From Mobula birostris (taxonomy: Eukaryota), in NCBI RefSeq assembly GCF_030028105.1, contig NC_092376.1:158936212-159000211 (forward strand): a stretch of 64,000 nucleotides of DNA, in the 5' to 3' direction. Below are positions 1-14,198 of this stretch, piece after piece (positions within the stretch are counted from its first letter, which is position 1; every line of letters starts with the position of its first letter). The notes under the pieces were generated by a model, which saw only the letters and a program-made list of their open reading frames with translations, was not told the origin of the DNA and made no database searches. The position numbers and the translations under genes were made by a program.

Positions 1-1340
1 AAGGCACATATAGCACAGATAAGTTAGCAAGCACATTTAAGATATCGGTAAAATACAATCACACAAAAAAATATTGTGCAAGTCCCTGAGCCCCAGCATG
101 TTGCAGCAGTCTTTAGTTGAATCCGATACAACTTGTCTTCTTTAAAAAAGCAAACGAGGAATTCTGCAGATGCTGGAAATTCAAACAACTTGTCTTCTGT
201 TGAGCGAACACTATGGGATAGCACTGATTCCAGCATAGACACCACACCACCATCACCTCTGTCACTCCAGTGGAACACCTGACTCCGATGCCTCCCCCGG
301 GCGGCTGCAAACAGACAGCACCACAGCTTCAGGCCTTATCTTCACTATGACTGGGGCCATGTAGGTCTCCCGTCACTCGCCAGTGAGCCAATAAATTGGG
401 CATGCAGATTTCCACATCACCAATGTCCAACAGGGTCTTGCAATTACAAGAGAAGTGACTTAAGATAAACACTCGTTGTTTGATTGTTCACCTTTGGTCA
501 TCCTAGTTGGAAGATATTGCTCAGATCACTTTCCTTTTCATTATCATTAATTAAAATTAAATAATTCAGATTGTTCACAGTAAAAATAAAAAAAGGGCTA
601 TTGTCAATATGGAGATACAGAAATGTCATTTCCCAAAATATAATTAAAACCAGTGAAGAATATGAATTGTAGACTGTTTCCAGTAAAGTACTAATGGCTT
701 ACACATGTTTAAATTGAATACAAACCGCCTCCTAAAGAGAGCAAGGAATAGTGCATAATTTAAAATCAACTTTTAAGAAACTTGATGTCTGAGTTAGAAG
801 ATATGTAGGACCTTGTTTCTCGGTTAGGTTCCTAAAAACAACAGTGGAAGAGGGTCCAAATCAACTGAGCTGCCTTCTATTCTGCTGCCCTCTTGGAACT
901 TGACCAAAGTGATGTAAATCAAGCTGACTGGCCGAGTAGAATTTAGTCATGGAACGATTACTTGGTCAGCAGTGCTTGTGCTCTGCATAAGATTCAGGAA
1001 ATTCTTTAGGCCTGTGGTTGAACTTGGCTGGGGGACACACTATTGGAAAATTTTGAGTCGGCCCGCTAGTCCATCCCAGCCCAGTCCAGCCCACATGCTA
1101 TAGTTGGTAAGACGCTTCTCTGCTGGATGTTCTGACACACCCCAGTCTGCCTCAGATTAAAGGACTGAAAGGTAGGGTAAAAACAAGTGCTATTACTTTA
1201 AATGTTCTGCTGCTCTTTAATCACATTCTTTGGTGTGCTTTTATCTGTGCTGCATGCTTTTTTGTACTAGATTAAAGGCTTAAAGACTTTTTCCCTGTTG
1301 CAAATGAGTGACTTTATAGTTAAGTTAAAATAGTGAAAGG

Positions 1341-1526
1341 CACTTGGCTGAGAAGCAACAGCTGTCTGTGAGTTTTAAAGCACGGATAACTTCAGAGCTT
1401 ACTGTTGCCATCAGGCCACTCTAAATTTAGACAGCTGCTCAACAACTCTCGGCTTTTAAGGAGGTTCTCCTGAACGCTCAAGTTTGTTTGGAAGTGGAGG
1501 AAATTCAAAGTGTCTCAGGGCAGCTG
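1341..1526. promoter_or_regulatory. Candidate muscle enhancer/promoter: MEF2 site plus clustered E-boxes
   Basis: CTAAATTTAG (1421-1430) fits MEF2 YTA(W)4TAR. CAGCTG E-boxes at 1359-1364, 1432-1437 and 1521-1526, CACTTG at 1341-1346. Context looks non-repetitive and is upstream of a muscle gene. Confidence 0.4.
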
Positions 1527-2384
1527 GCAGCAGTGTCTGCTTTTAATTGTTAACTGAGAATGTACGAGTGAAATGAAAATCGAAACATTTTTCAGCTTCA
1601 TGTTAATTTGTTCAGGATGATTTTTCCATAAGGAGCAACCCCCCCCCCCCACTTCGATGGAATGTTTAATTTGAAAGTATATACACTGATATGTAAAGTA
1701 ATGATGACAGTAAAAGCACTCCTTCCTCACTAATGCCTGCTTGCAGAGCCACCCGAATCTCACATTTTATCTGAATATTTTAACTCAGTACGTGGGCTAT
1801 TGTGATAAAGTGCAGCAAAGGCTGGTATTATTAATGCCGGGGAAATACTTATGAACTTTTCTTATCATACTCATACTGGTGACAAGTTATTTGACCTTGC
1901 TATTTGTCACTGACTAGCTCAATGCGACCAGTGTTTGATCTTCTGTGTCATTCTTCGACTTTGTTTTATGCAGTTAAAATAAGGCGAATGTTGCAGAGCT
2001 GATATTTATTTTGCTTCTACAAACAACCTCTTGCTTCTCTCTCTTGCAATATCCACCTCTCCTCCTATCCTCCACATCCAAAGATCTTAACACGCAGAGA
2101 TTTAATATTCTCTTTATACCCCGTCCAACAAATTTTATAAACCTACTTTCAATTCTTGGAGGAAAGCTAATGAAAATGGAATGACCTGCACTTCTTCATC
2201 TTCTACCTCTAGCATCTTCTTCAGCAACATGATGTCCAACAGTGGACTACAAAAAAAAAGTGCAATTGTTGTTTTAAGTGGGAAATGCAGGCGTGAGTTT
2301 GTACACAGGAAACACAAGCATGTGGATTAAGAACGCTGGCAATAACCCGTTGAGTTACAAACTGGGACTGGATAGGCTGGGCGT

Positions 2385-2900
2385 ACAGGAGACTGCAGAC
2401 ACTGGAAACTGCAGCAAGAAGTAAATTGATGGAATAAATCAGCAACATCTAAGGAATGAAATGCACAGTCGATGTTTTGGATTGATACCCTTGAGATGTA
2501 GCGGGAGTATAATCAGTATAAGGAGGTGAGGGGAAGGGGTAGAGCAGGAGCTGGCAAGATTTAGGTCTTGGTGAGAGGGGTGAAAGGAGATGGTGAAACA
2601 GTGGAAATAGTAATCGAGGACGGAAGGTGATAGCTGGACGCAACAAAGGGCTACAGATGCTGGAATCTGATTGGGAAGTCAGTTGGAATGTGGAACTAAA
2701 AGGAAATGGGGTATACAGATGCGAAAAGTGGGGCGGGGGGGGGAGGGAGAGGAACCATTTGGAGGATATATGGAGCTAGCAGCTGGGAGCACCAGAAAGC
2801 ACTGGCAGACAGAACCAAATGCTCAGCAAAGCGATTGCCTAGTCTGCGCTTCATCTCACCGAGGTAGGGGAAGCCACAGCGAGAGAGCTGAATACAGTGA
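2385..2900 (-). mobile_element. Degenerate Penelope-like terminal (pLTR-type) fragment
   Basis: Same layout as 35552-35990 (ctgcagacactggaa...cagtcgatgttttgg...purine-rich tract) but highly diverged. Confidence 0.45.
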
Positions 2901-2954
2901 ACAACAATGAAAGCCGTTTAGAATTGTCAATTGTGATGAGGTAGGGGCATGTGT

Positions 2955-3445
2955 TAAACTCCTAGAGGATAGGTTGGGACTGTTTTCCCTGGAGCAAAGG
3001 AGTGGCCTTATAGAGGTTGATAAAAATCATGAGAGGCAGATAGAAGGGAGATGATCATGGACCTTTTCCCAAGGCTGGGGAGTCTAAAATTAGTGGCCAT
3101 GGGTTTACGTTGAGAGGGGAAAGATTTAGAAGGGATCTAAGTACAACCTTTTCATCTAGAAGGCAGTGGGTATATGGAACCAACCATCAGAGGAAGTTAT
3201 AGAGGTGTGAACAAGTACAACACATAGAGTCATAGATTGTTAGAACAACACAGCATGAAAGCAGGCCCTTTGGCCCATCTAGTCTGTGCCATACTTGAAA
3301 TGGTTTAAACTTGATACATGGATGGGCAAAGTTTAGAGGGGAGATAGGAAGACAGATGGGACCAACGGGTAGGCACCTTGGCTGGCATGGATGAGTGGGA
3401 CTGAAGGGCTTGTTTCCCTGCTGGACAACTGTGGCTTAATGACTC
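2955..3445 (+). mobile_element. Old CR1 LINE 3' fragment
   Basis: Resembles the CR1 ORF2 C-terminus (LGLFSLE... region) and 3' UTR (gggactgaagggcttgtttccctgctg). Confidence 0.7.
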
Positions 3446-6400
3446 TTAACACTTGCCTTTTCTCGTTAGAAGGAGTATAGATCATTTTATAGTTGTGTAC
3501 AAAAGCTGCAAAGGCCTCTTTTTAATGTCCTATGTAACAGTGGGGCTTTCTTGCTGTGCAGTACTCACACAGTGCTGCTCTGAAGCTCAAGCCTGTCGAA
3601 CTTGAACAGCCTATATAGCAGAGGCAAGAGTGCTATCATTTGAGCCACCATTGACACAGCAATCTAATTTGCTTTCATAACGTCAGTCCAAATAGCCCCT
3701 TTATGTCTATGCAGTCATATTATCATTAGATTTATATCCTTGTGGTTTGGTAAAGAAAGCACTAATGTCTTTATCTTTTGAAGAAAACTGATTTTATGTC
3801 TAGCCTAATTAAAAAGCTTCACTGGCATATTTTATCTGGGGATTCCTTTGAGATGTGGTGCATTAGAAATTCAAAGTAGTTGTCCTTCCCTGAATCTTGA
3901 TGAAGCTTGATTCAGGGAAAAACTCTTCCTTGACAAGGTTTGTTTTGTTTTGTGCTGTTAACTTACTTTGATTTTAGCTATAATAAAAACAATTTCTTTT
4001 GCTCTTCTGTGATCTGTTTGATTGTGAAGCATTATAGTGGTTACTGTTGTAAAGGCTACAGCATATATGCATGAGTAGGCTGTTGCTTCTGTTGATTTTT
4101 TATCTATTACTTGCTGGAAGTGTAAGCTGATAGTGATATGGTGAGGGCAACAAGACACCTGGTATCTCTATGAACAATGAGACTGACAGCTTGTCTCTTT
4201 AACAAATTAGATTTAAAGTTTGAGAAAGAAGTAAAGTCAGGAGGTACAAGAGGAGCAATAAATATAAGGTAAACAAACCAAGTGTGAGTCATGAGTTAAG
4301 ACTGCTTCCTTCTATATTATGACATTAACTGTTCTGATTATTCAAGTTAATCTTCCTTACTAATCCTCATATCCATGATTTCCTCTGTATTCAAATCTAT
4401 CGCACAACTTCAACACTCACTAAGTGAGCCGTCGTAGAATTCTGGGGCACAGCATTCCAAAGATTTGCAATCTTCTCAGAACAGAACTCTCTCCTCATCT
4501 CAGTCCTAAAGGCTGATAACTTACCCTGAGTCTAATCCATTTCAATCCAAGACTCTGTAGCTAGGGGATTCTCTTGGGATCAGTACTGCCAATTCACCTC
4601 AAAAAATTATATTGTCTCAGTTAGACCATCTTTTTAATTCTTGTGAACTTAAGTGATTTGCTTCATAGAGCAACCCTCTCATCCTCTTATGAACTTCTGC
4701 TCCAATTCTAATAAAGAAATACACCTTTTTTCAAGGAAATAAACCAAAAACTGCATACTATAAACACTGGTACCATTCCTATAAACTAAAAAGACATACC
4801 AACAAGTTGCAGATGAACAAGCCGTCCATTACAGTAATTGAAATTAGACAAATGGATTTTAATTCACCCTGTGCTTCTTCCATATTTCACAATCTTCTTT
4901 ATCCTATTCTTAATAAGTCTGAACTCCTCTCCATATTTGTACAGTTTCATATAGTTTCTTTGCCACTATGATGATTTCACAAATATATGTTATTTCCTTA
5001 GTTATCCTTTTTACACAAATGGTCTAAAAGCTTTTTGAGAACATACATCTCAGCATATTGTTCACAATTCACAATTAATGCTGTGAAGCTAGCTTCCTTA
5101 AGCACATAAAACTCCCGACATTAATAAATCAGTTATTTGATATGCTACATGTATCCATCTGATCTACAAGTGTCCTTGAACTAAGCCACTTAGAGTCAGC
5201 TGGTCTGTTTTAAACAAGTCAGATGAAATAACCCATTGTTTTATACTACACCTTGAGCAGCAATAAAGCAGGTGTCGTTACTTTCCACAGAGAGAGTGCC
5301 TGTGCTACAAATAGAGCTTGTTTGCAAAGCTGAGTTTTTAACTTCAGACTGATTACTGCTTTCCATTTACATTTGAAGAACTGAAGACTGACTCCCACTA
5401 CCTGAAGCTAAACAAATTGTTAGTTGGAAGTCTACTTATATATCTGGTTGTTCTTACAAGTGGCAGCTGCTGTGTTTCAAAAGCAGAAATTAAGGAGTGA
5501 CTATCCATCACCATAGTTCCATTATGTAGTGAGCTAGGAGACTGGATAAGAGCAGTAATGTATGTATGTGGTGCAGCTCTATTCATTTGAATGGGGTCAC
5601 CAAATCTCACTAAAAGATAAGCAAAGACAAGTGGCTTGTTTAAATTAATAGTAAGCTTAATTTTTGTACATGAATCTCTTGGCATTTTAAATGAATTTAT
5701 TTTGAAGTATTCATTGGTGACATTTAGAAACAGTGCAAAGGGCTTTTTGACAGCACTAGCTGTCAGAGAACTGTCGGAGTGGTGTATAGGTAGGGTCTTA
5801 GTTCTCAGTGCCTGTGGTGTCAATGCTACAACATTAAGAAAGGCTGGAGTAAGGGAGATGTATGGGCACAAAGAATGTGTGTGACAAGGGTCCCCTGCAG
5901 GTGGAGAAAGCAAAGCTTAAGCTGGATCCAATGCTATTCAGTCCAATGTTCTGAGCTGGAGGCAGAGAGGTGAGTGAAGTTGTATTTATACTCATACTCT
6001 TAGCCAGCAGCCTTGGCATTCTCTGATAAGTTTACTAGGTATTCAATATGTAAATCATAAAAAATAATAGATAGGTTTAAAGTAAGGTTTTTTTTGCAAG
6101 GCAAAGGTCAGAATAGTATTTGTTGGATTTTCAGGTTTTGGAGACTTGAAATGCATTGCATGCCACTTAAACCACCAGAATTGTCAAATTTTCACACTTC
6201 AAGCCAAATTGACATCAATTGCAGAACCTTATTTTTCCAGCAATATGCACCTCTTTATCTTTATGATCCAGAGCTTCTAATCTTTGTCTGGAAATGGTTG
6301 AAAATGGTATGTTTTATATGAGCCAAAATAACATTATTGTGTGTTCTTTTAAAGAACATTGACCGTGCCCACAGTTTGACAGGATATCCTGCTGAACTTT

Positions 6401-7045
6401 TTGTTGTGCCAAGGTTCCCAGCATTAGGGAAGAGATTTAAGTCACTCCAGCACTGGGGAAGGGAAATGAAAAATTAGGATTGCCGGTACATTTAGCTGAA
6501 TCTTGTATTCTTCTTAATTCAATAAATAGATGAACTTAGGAAACTGGTTTCTTTCCTCTGCTGTACCAACACTTCATTTGGTGATAGGTTTATTACGGTC
6601 CCATGTTCTGAGATGCAGTGAACACTTTGTTTTGTGTGCCTTCCATACAGATCATTTCAAAACATAAGTACATGGAGGCTGTACAAAGGGAAAAGCAATT
6701 ACAGAATGTGGAATACACTGTTATGGTTACAGTTACAGAGAAATTACAGTGCTGGTATGCAATAAAGTGCAAGGGCCATGACAAGGTAGACTGTGAGGTC
6801 AAGAAATCTATCTGTAAGACCATATGCCCATAAGACAGAGGAGCAACATTCAGCTGTTTGGCTCTTCGAGTTTGCTCTGCCATTCCATCGTGGCTGATTT
6901 ATTATCCCTCTCAATCCCACTCTCCTGTAAACTTTGAAACCCCTGACTAACTAAGAACTTATCAAACTCTGCTTTATCCAAGAGATAAATGCAATACTCA
7001 CTTTTGTTATCTAGCGCTCAAATTTATTGCAACAGACTCCTTCAA

Positions 7046-9624
7046 TAGAACCATAGAAACTACAGCACAGAAACAGGCCCTTTGGCCCTTCTTGGCTGTG
7101 CCGAACCATTTTCTGCCTAGTCCCACTGACCTGCACACGGACCATATCCCTCCATACACCTCCCATCCATGTATCTGTCCAATTTATTCTTAAATGTTAA
7201 AAAAGAACCCTCATTTACCACCTCGTCTGGCAGCTCATTCCATACTCCCACCACTCTCTGTGTGAAGAAGCCCCCCCTAATGTTCCCTTTAAACTTTTCC
7301 CCCCTCACCCTTAACCCATGTCCTCTGGTTCTTTTCTCCCCTTGCCTCAGTGGAAAAAGCCTGCTCACATTCACTCTATCTATACCCATCATAATTTTAT
7401 ATACCTCTATCAAATCTCCCCTCATTCTTCTACGCTCTAGGGAATAAAGTCCTAACCTATTCAACCTTTCTCTGTAACTGAGTTTCTCAAGTCCTGGCAA
7501 CATCCTTGTAAACCTTCTCTGCACTCTTTCAACCTTATTTATATCCTTCCTGTAATTTGGTGACCAAAACTGAACACAATACTCCAGATTCGGCCTACCA
7601 ATGCCTTATACAACCTCATCATAACATTCCTGCTCTTATACTGAATACTTCGATTAATAAAGGCCAATATACCAAAAGCTCTCTTTACGACCCTATCTAC
7701 CTGTGACGACACTTTTAGGGAATTTTGTATCTGTATTCCCAGATCCCTCTGTTCCACTGCACTCCTCAGTGCCTTACCATTAACCCTGTATGTTCTACGT
7801 TGGTTTGTCCTTCCAACGTGCAATACCTCACACTTGTCAGTATTAAACTCCATCTGCCATTTTTCAGCCCATTTTTCCAGCTGGTCCAAGTCCCTCTGCA
7901 GGCTCTGAAAACCTTTCTCACTGTCTACTACACCTCCAATCTTTGTATCATCAGCAAACTTGCTGATCCAATTTACCACATTATCATCCAGATCATTGAT
8001 ATAGATGACAAATAACAATGGACCCAGCACTGATCCCTGTGGCACACCACTAGTCACAGGCCTCCACTCAGAGAAGCAATTCTCTACCACCACTCTCTGG
8101 CTTCTTCCGTCGAGCCAATGTCTAATCCAATTTACCACCTCTCCATGTATACCTAGCGACTGAATTTTCCTAACTAACCTCCCATGCGGGACCTTGTCAA
8201 AGGCCTTACTGAAGCCCATGTAGACAATATCCACTGCCTTCCCTTCATCCACTTTCCTGGTAACCTCCTCGAAAAACTCCAACAGATTGGTCAAACATGA
8301 CCTACCACGCACAAAGCCATGTTGACTCTCCCTAATAAGCCCCTGTCTATCTAAATGCTTGTAGATTCTGTCTCTTAGTACTCCCTCCAATAACTTACCT
8401 ACTGACGTTAAACTCACCGGCCTATAATTTCCTGGATTACTTTTCAATCCTTTTTTAAACAACGGAACAACATGAGCCACTCTCCAATCCTCTGGCACTT
8501 CACCCGTAGACAGCGACATTTTAAATATTTCTGCCAGGGCCCCCGCAATTTCAACACTAGTCTCCTTCAAGGTCCGAGGGAACACTCTGTCAGGTCCCGG
8601 GGATTTATCCACTTTAATTTTCCTCAAGACAGCAAGCACCTCCTCCTTTTCAATCTGTACAGTTTCCATGGTCTCACTGCTTGATTCCCTCAATTCCATA
8701 GATTTCATGCCAGCTTCCTTAGTAAATACAGACACAAAAAACCTATTTAGGATCTCCCCCATTTCCTTTGGTTCCGCACAAAGCCGACCACTCTGATCTT
8801 CAAGAGGACCAATTTTATCCCTTACAATCCTTTTGCTCTTAATATACTTGTAAAAGCTCTTTGGATTATCCTTCACTTTGACTGCCAAGGCAACCTCATG
8901 TCTTCTTTTTGCCCTCCTGATTTCTTTCTTAAGTATTTTCTTGCACTTCTTATACTCCTCAAGCACCGATTTACCCCCTGTTTCCTATACATTTCATAGA
9001 ACTCCCTCTTCTTCTTTATCAGAGTTGCAATATCCCTTGAGAACCAAGGTTCCTTATTCCTATTCAATTTGCCTTTAATCCTGACAGGAACATACAAACT
9101 CTGCACTCTCAAAATTTCCCCTTTGAAGGCTTCCCACCTACCAATCACATCTTTGCCAGAGAACAACCTGTCCCAATCCACACTTTTTAGATCCTTTCTC
9201 ATTTCTTCAAATTTGGCCTTCTTCCAGTTCAGAACCTCAACCCTAGGACCAGATCTATCCTTGTCCATGAAACTAATGGTGTTATGATCACTGGAACCAA
9301 AGTGCTCTCCTACACAGACTTCTGTCACTTGCCCTAATTCGTTTCCTAACAGGAGATCCAATATTGCATCCCCTCTAGTTGGTCCCTCTATATACTGATT
9401 TAGAAAACTTTCCTGAACACATTTTACAAACTCTAAACCATCTAGACTCCTAACAGTATGGGAGTCCCAATCAATGTATGGAAAATTAAAATCCACTACC
9501 ACCACAACTTTATGTTTCCTGCAGTTGCCTGCTATCTCTCTGCAGATTTGCTCTTCCAAGTCTCGTTGACTATTGGGTAGTCTGTAATACAATCCCACTA
9601 ATGTGGCCATACCTTTCCTGTTTC
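7046..9624 (-). mobile_element. Young 5'-truncated CR1 LINE (ORF2 broken by frameshifts)
   Basis: ORFs 8873-9610, 7539-8966 and 7117-7524 give a partial APE endonuclease and RT (SGVPQGSVLGP, FADD). 3' tail is gtttctat-like. TTCAAT at 7041-7046 and 9622-9627 is a likely TSD. Nearly identical to 14199-16780. Confidence 0.95.
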
Positions 9625-10444
9625 AATGATAGCAGCAACATTGAATCACAGGGACTCTGACATATCTCTGTCAAAAACTCCATAATTAAATATCACGGCA
9701 GTTCTGGCTTCAGTGCCAATTATGCCAGTTAAGTGCAGAAGCAAGGCTGAGAATGATTATTTCAAGAACAATGGTAAAATAATGTCTCAGAATTTGCTGA
9801 CACTGATGACCTTCCTCCACTGACTGATAAACAATGAAAAAGTTTGAGCTTGCCATTTCGCTCAGTTCGAGATCCGGTGAGTGAGAGAAGTTTGGGGCTA
9901 CGATCCATACTCCCTTGACGGAACGTCATTATACCATAGGTCTTTGTCCCACGTATACAGGTCAACTTTCTTCCATATGAAGGTCTGGACCTTGACAGGG
10001 TCTGGCTGCCATTTAGCCCTTCATGTTGTGTCTTGGGGCTACATCTTTGCCAGATGACATACAAATTCAATGCTCTTCTCTTCAATTTCTTTAGCCTACT
10101 TTGTGCCAACGTAGTGACCTTCACGTAGTGAGCACCATTGACTTAGGGCCCCACTGTTGTGTTTCAAACTCTCAATTTCTTCTTCTTTACAAGAGATGGT
10201 CTAATGCTATTGCTTAATAACGGCTGCCAACAGTAAAAAAAAAGTCCATCTCTGACTCCCTTTCGTATTTGGAAACCCTGTTTCTTTGAGAATTTAATTA
10301 GATGGTGACCCAGTTTAAAACCGTGTGGTTACAGCTTATCGCTCCATCCATTGGCATTCCTGAGGCTGTCAGCAGATAGGCTAAAGTGCCAAAATGCAAG
10401 AAATTATCTGTCCATCCCAGTACCTGATACTCTTGGGAACCAGG

Positions 10445-11780
10445 ATTCAAAGTTCAAAGTAAATTTATTATCAATGTACATATATGTCACCGTATATTAT
10501 CCTGGCATTAGTTTTCTTTCAGGCATTTACAATAAATACAAAGAAACACAAAAGTATCAGTGAAAAACTGCAAACAGCAAAGACAGGCAAACAACCTGTG
10601 AAAAAGACAACAAATTGAGCAAATGCAAATAAAGAGAAGATAATACTAACAAATAAGTAATAAACATTGAGAACATCAGTTGTAGAGTCCCTGAAAGTGA
10701 ATCTATAAGTTATGGAACCAGTTCACTGTTGAGTTGAGCGAAGTTTTCCACTCTGGTTTAGGAGTCTGATGGTTGAGGGGTAATAACCGTTCCTGAACCT
10801 GGTGATGTGGGACCAAGGCTTCTGTAATTCTTTCCTGATGGTAGCAGTGAGAAAACAGCATGACCTGGATGGTGGAGGTCCTTGTTGATATATGCTACTC
10901 TCCTGCGACAGTGCTCCTTGTAGATGTGCTTAATGGTGGGGTGGTCTTTATCTGTGAAGGATACGGCTGCATCCACTACTTTTTGTTAGGGTTTCCATGC
11001 CAGCATACCAGTCCATGATATAATCAGTCAGAATACTGTCCAACGCGCATCTATAGAATTTTGTTAAAGTTCTGGATGACTTGCCAAACTTTCGCAAACT
11101 TTTAAGGAAGTAGAGGTGCTGTCGTGCCTTCTTTCTAATTGCACTTAGGCTGTGGTATCAGGATAGATCCTCTGAAATGATAACGCTGAGGAATTTGAAG
11201 GTGATGACCCCCTTCACCTCTAATCCCATGATGAGGAGGGGCTCACAGACCTCCGGTTTCCTCCTCCTGTTGTCATTAATCAGCTCTTTGGCTTTAGTGA
11301 CGTTGAGTGAGAGGTTGACAACAATAGTGTCATCAGAAAACCTAAATATGGCATTGGAGCACTACTTAGCCACAGTCATAAGTACAAAATGAGTAGAGCA
11401 GGGGTTAGTCACACAGTCTTGTGGTGCATCTTTGCTGATCGTTATTGTGGAAGAGATATTGTTACCAATCCAAACTGACTGGGGTCTGCAAGTGAGGAAA
11501 TTGATGATCCAGTTGCACAAGTTGTCTAAGTCTTTCCAACTCAGTGATTAGCTTTGTGGGGTTAATAGTGTTGAATACAGAGCTGCAGTCAATGAAGAAC
11601 ATCCTGATGTATGCATTTTCACTGTCCAGACCTTCCTGGGTTGAGAGAAGAATGAATGAAATGGCATCTGCTGTTGACCTGTTGTGACAGTATGCAAATT
11701 GGAGTGGATCCAAGTTGCTCCTCAGGCAAGAATTGATAGGTTTCATCACCAGCCTCTCAAAACACTTCATCACAGTGGTT
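10445..11780 (-). mobile_element. Rex1/Babar-type LINE fragment (RT plus 3' end)
   Basis: ORF 11462-11773 has MKCFERLV...LDPLQFAY..NRSTADAIS...RMFFIDCSSVFNTI. ORF 10758-10976 has KDLHHPGHAVFSLLPSG. Tail aataaatttactttgaac. Confidence 0.85.
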
Positions 11781-11889
11781 CTTCTGGTGGAAGTGATACC
11801 TCATCCCTTGCACAGCTAAGTTCTCTTTCTCCAAAGGCCTCCAACGCATGTGTGCCCTGGCAGAGTTCAGCGAGTTCAGTGAGACAAGC

Positions 11890-12398
11890 ACGTTCAAAGT
11901 AAATTTATTATCAAAGTACATATAAATTACAATAAACAACTCTTAGAATGATTTTCTTAGGGGCATATACTCAATAAATCCATAACCGAATAATAACCAA
12001 AATAGAATTAATGAAAGATCAAACAGTGTGCAAAAGACAGCAAACTGTGCAAATACAAATAGAGAGAAATAATAATAATAATTAAATAAGCAATATATAT
12101 TGAGAACATGGGATGAGGGAAAAGTCCATGAAAGTGTGTCCTTAGTTTGTGGGAACATTTCAATGATGGGGCAAGTGAAGTTGAGTGAAGTTATCCCCTC
12201 TGGTTCAAAAGCAGGTCGTAAATGTTCCTGAAACTGTGGTGTGAGTCCAGAGATTCCTATACCCTCTTCCTGATGGACGCAGCAAGAAGAGAGTATGGCT
12301 TGGGTGTTGGGGGTTCCCTGATGATGGTTGCTGCTTTCCTGAGACAATTCGCCATGTAGATATGCTCATTGGTGGGGAGGATTTTACCTGTGATGGAC
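11890..12398 (-). mobile_element. Rex1/Babar-type LINE 3' fragment
   Basis: Same 3' UTR and tail family as 10445-10980 and 51075-51800. Confidence 0.75.
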
Positions 12399-12535
12399 TA
12401 TAAGACCATAAGACATAGGAGTAGAACTAGGCCACCTGGCCCAGAGAGTCTGCTCCGCCATTCAATCATGGCTGATCCTTTTTTTTTCTCTCCTCCTCAA
12501 CCCCAGTTCCCGGCCTTCTCCCTGTAACCTTTGAT

Positions 12536-13301
12536 GCCAAGAAGTGGCAGATAGAATATAGCGTAGGGAAGTGTATGGTCATGCACTTTGATAGAAGGAA
12601 TAGTGCATAGAGTATTTTCCATAATGGGGAGAAAAGTGAAAAATCAGATGTGCAAAGGGTTTTGAGATTCCTCTTGCAGGATTCCCTAAAGTGTAACTTG
12701 CAGGTTGAGTCAGTGGTAAGGAAGACAAGTGCAATGTTAGCATTCATTTCAAGAGAACGAGAGTATAAGAGCAATGTGTATTGCTGAGACTTTATAATGC
12801 ATTGGTCAGACTGTACTTGGACTATTGTGTCCAGTTTTGAGTCCCATATCTAATAAAAGATGTGTTGGCATTGTAGATGGTCCTCAGGAGTTTCACGAGA
12901 ATGATTCTGGGAATGAAAGGGTTAACGTGTAAGGACCATTTGATGGCTCTGGGCCTGTATTCGCTGGAGTTCAGAAGAAAGAGGGGATATCTTATGGAAA
13001 CCTATCAAATATTGAAAAGCCTGGATGGAATGGATGTGGAGAGGCTGCATCCTATACTGGGGGCATTTAGTATCAGTGAGGAAGAACCTCAGAATAGAGG
13101 GACATCCATTTAAAATGGAGATGAGAAGGAATTTCTTTAGCTAATGGGTAGTGAATCTGTGGAATTCATTACCACAGACTTCTGTAGAGCCCAAGTCATT
13201 AAGAATATTTAAAGCAGAGTTTGACAGATTCTTGTTAGTCAAAGTGTCAAAAATGGGGAGAAGGCTGGAGAACAGGGTTGAGAGGGTTAATAATTCAGCC
13301 A
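12536..13301 (+). mobile_element. Degenerate CR1 LINE 3' portion (abutted at 12400-12539 by a minus-strand CR1 3' end)
   Basis: ORFs 12877-13113 (FTRMILGMKGL..LGLYSLEFRR) and 13151-13333 (NLWNSLP). Confidence 0.85.
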
Positions 13302-13834
13302 CTGTGCTTTTGGTGAGGGAATTTCATAATTGAGACCAAGTTACAATGAAGGATTGGCATCTTCATGCAACAGTTGGGCTGAAAGGCTTGTTTTTGTGCT
13401 GTATAACACTCTTACTCCAGAATTCTATGTCAGGATGGTATGAAACTTGGTTGGTGACATATAGATAATTGTGTTCCTATGCATTTGCTCACCTTACCTT
13501 TGTGCATTGCACCCCATCACAAAGCCTCACCGTTAGCCTTTATCCTCTCCCATTTTCCTCTGCAGTTTAAAACTTGTCACAAATTTTTCAGTTCTAATGA
13601 CAAATTTTTGTGCCCTAACACGGTGATACTGTGTTTCATTCCACGACTTCTGCCTGATCTGATGGGTATTTTCAGGGTTTTCTATTCCTCATTCAGATCT
13701 CCAGTGGCCACAAGATTCTGACCTTCTGACTTAGAACAATAACATTGGCTGTAAAATTTGGACAATGTCAGGCCTAAACAAAATTCATTGTTGTTACATT
13801 TTTGTCAGATTTTTGCAACTATTCTAGTGTCTTT

Positions 13835-14198
13835 GGAGAGAGTGTGGCCTGCTTGGAGAGTATTAGCTACGAGAGTGGTTGGGCAAGCTGGGATTGTTCT
13901 CCCTGGATCACTGGAGGCTGAGGGGTAACCTGATAGAAGTATTTGACATCATGAGAGGCAGAGACAAGGTAGGTAATTAGAGTCTTTTTCCCTGGGTGCA
14001 AATGTCAATTAGTAAATGGCATAGCTTTCAGGATTGTGGGGGAAAGTTTAAAGATTTATGAGACAAATTTCTAACACAGTATAGTAGGTACTTGAACCAT
14101 ATTCCAATACAGAATAGTCGCATGAATAGGGGGATATTAATCAAATGGAATTAGTTTGGATTTGCACAGGTTTCTTGGGCCAAAGGGCCTCTTCCTTT
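13835..14198 (+). mobile_element. Old CR1 3' fragment whose tail was interrupted by the young CR1
   Basis: LGLFSL..RLRGNLIEV-like sequence and gggccaaagggcct 3' UTR. A tail-like ctgtactattcta resumes at about 17207. Confidence 0.65.

Noticed and set aside
5398-5913. 171-aa minus-strand ORF
   Set aside because: Non-ATG start and no recognisable motifs; compatible with chance.
9762-10124. 120-aa minus-strand ORF in a CpG-retaining stretch
   Set aside because: No recognisable domain, splice context or second copy. It could be an ancient element but cannot be supported without a search.
12400-13301. Possible twin-priming inversion of one CR1
   Set aside because: Both pieces include overlapping 3'-end sequence and look like different subfamilies, so two insertions are more likely.
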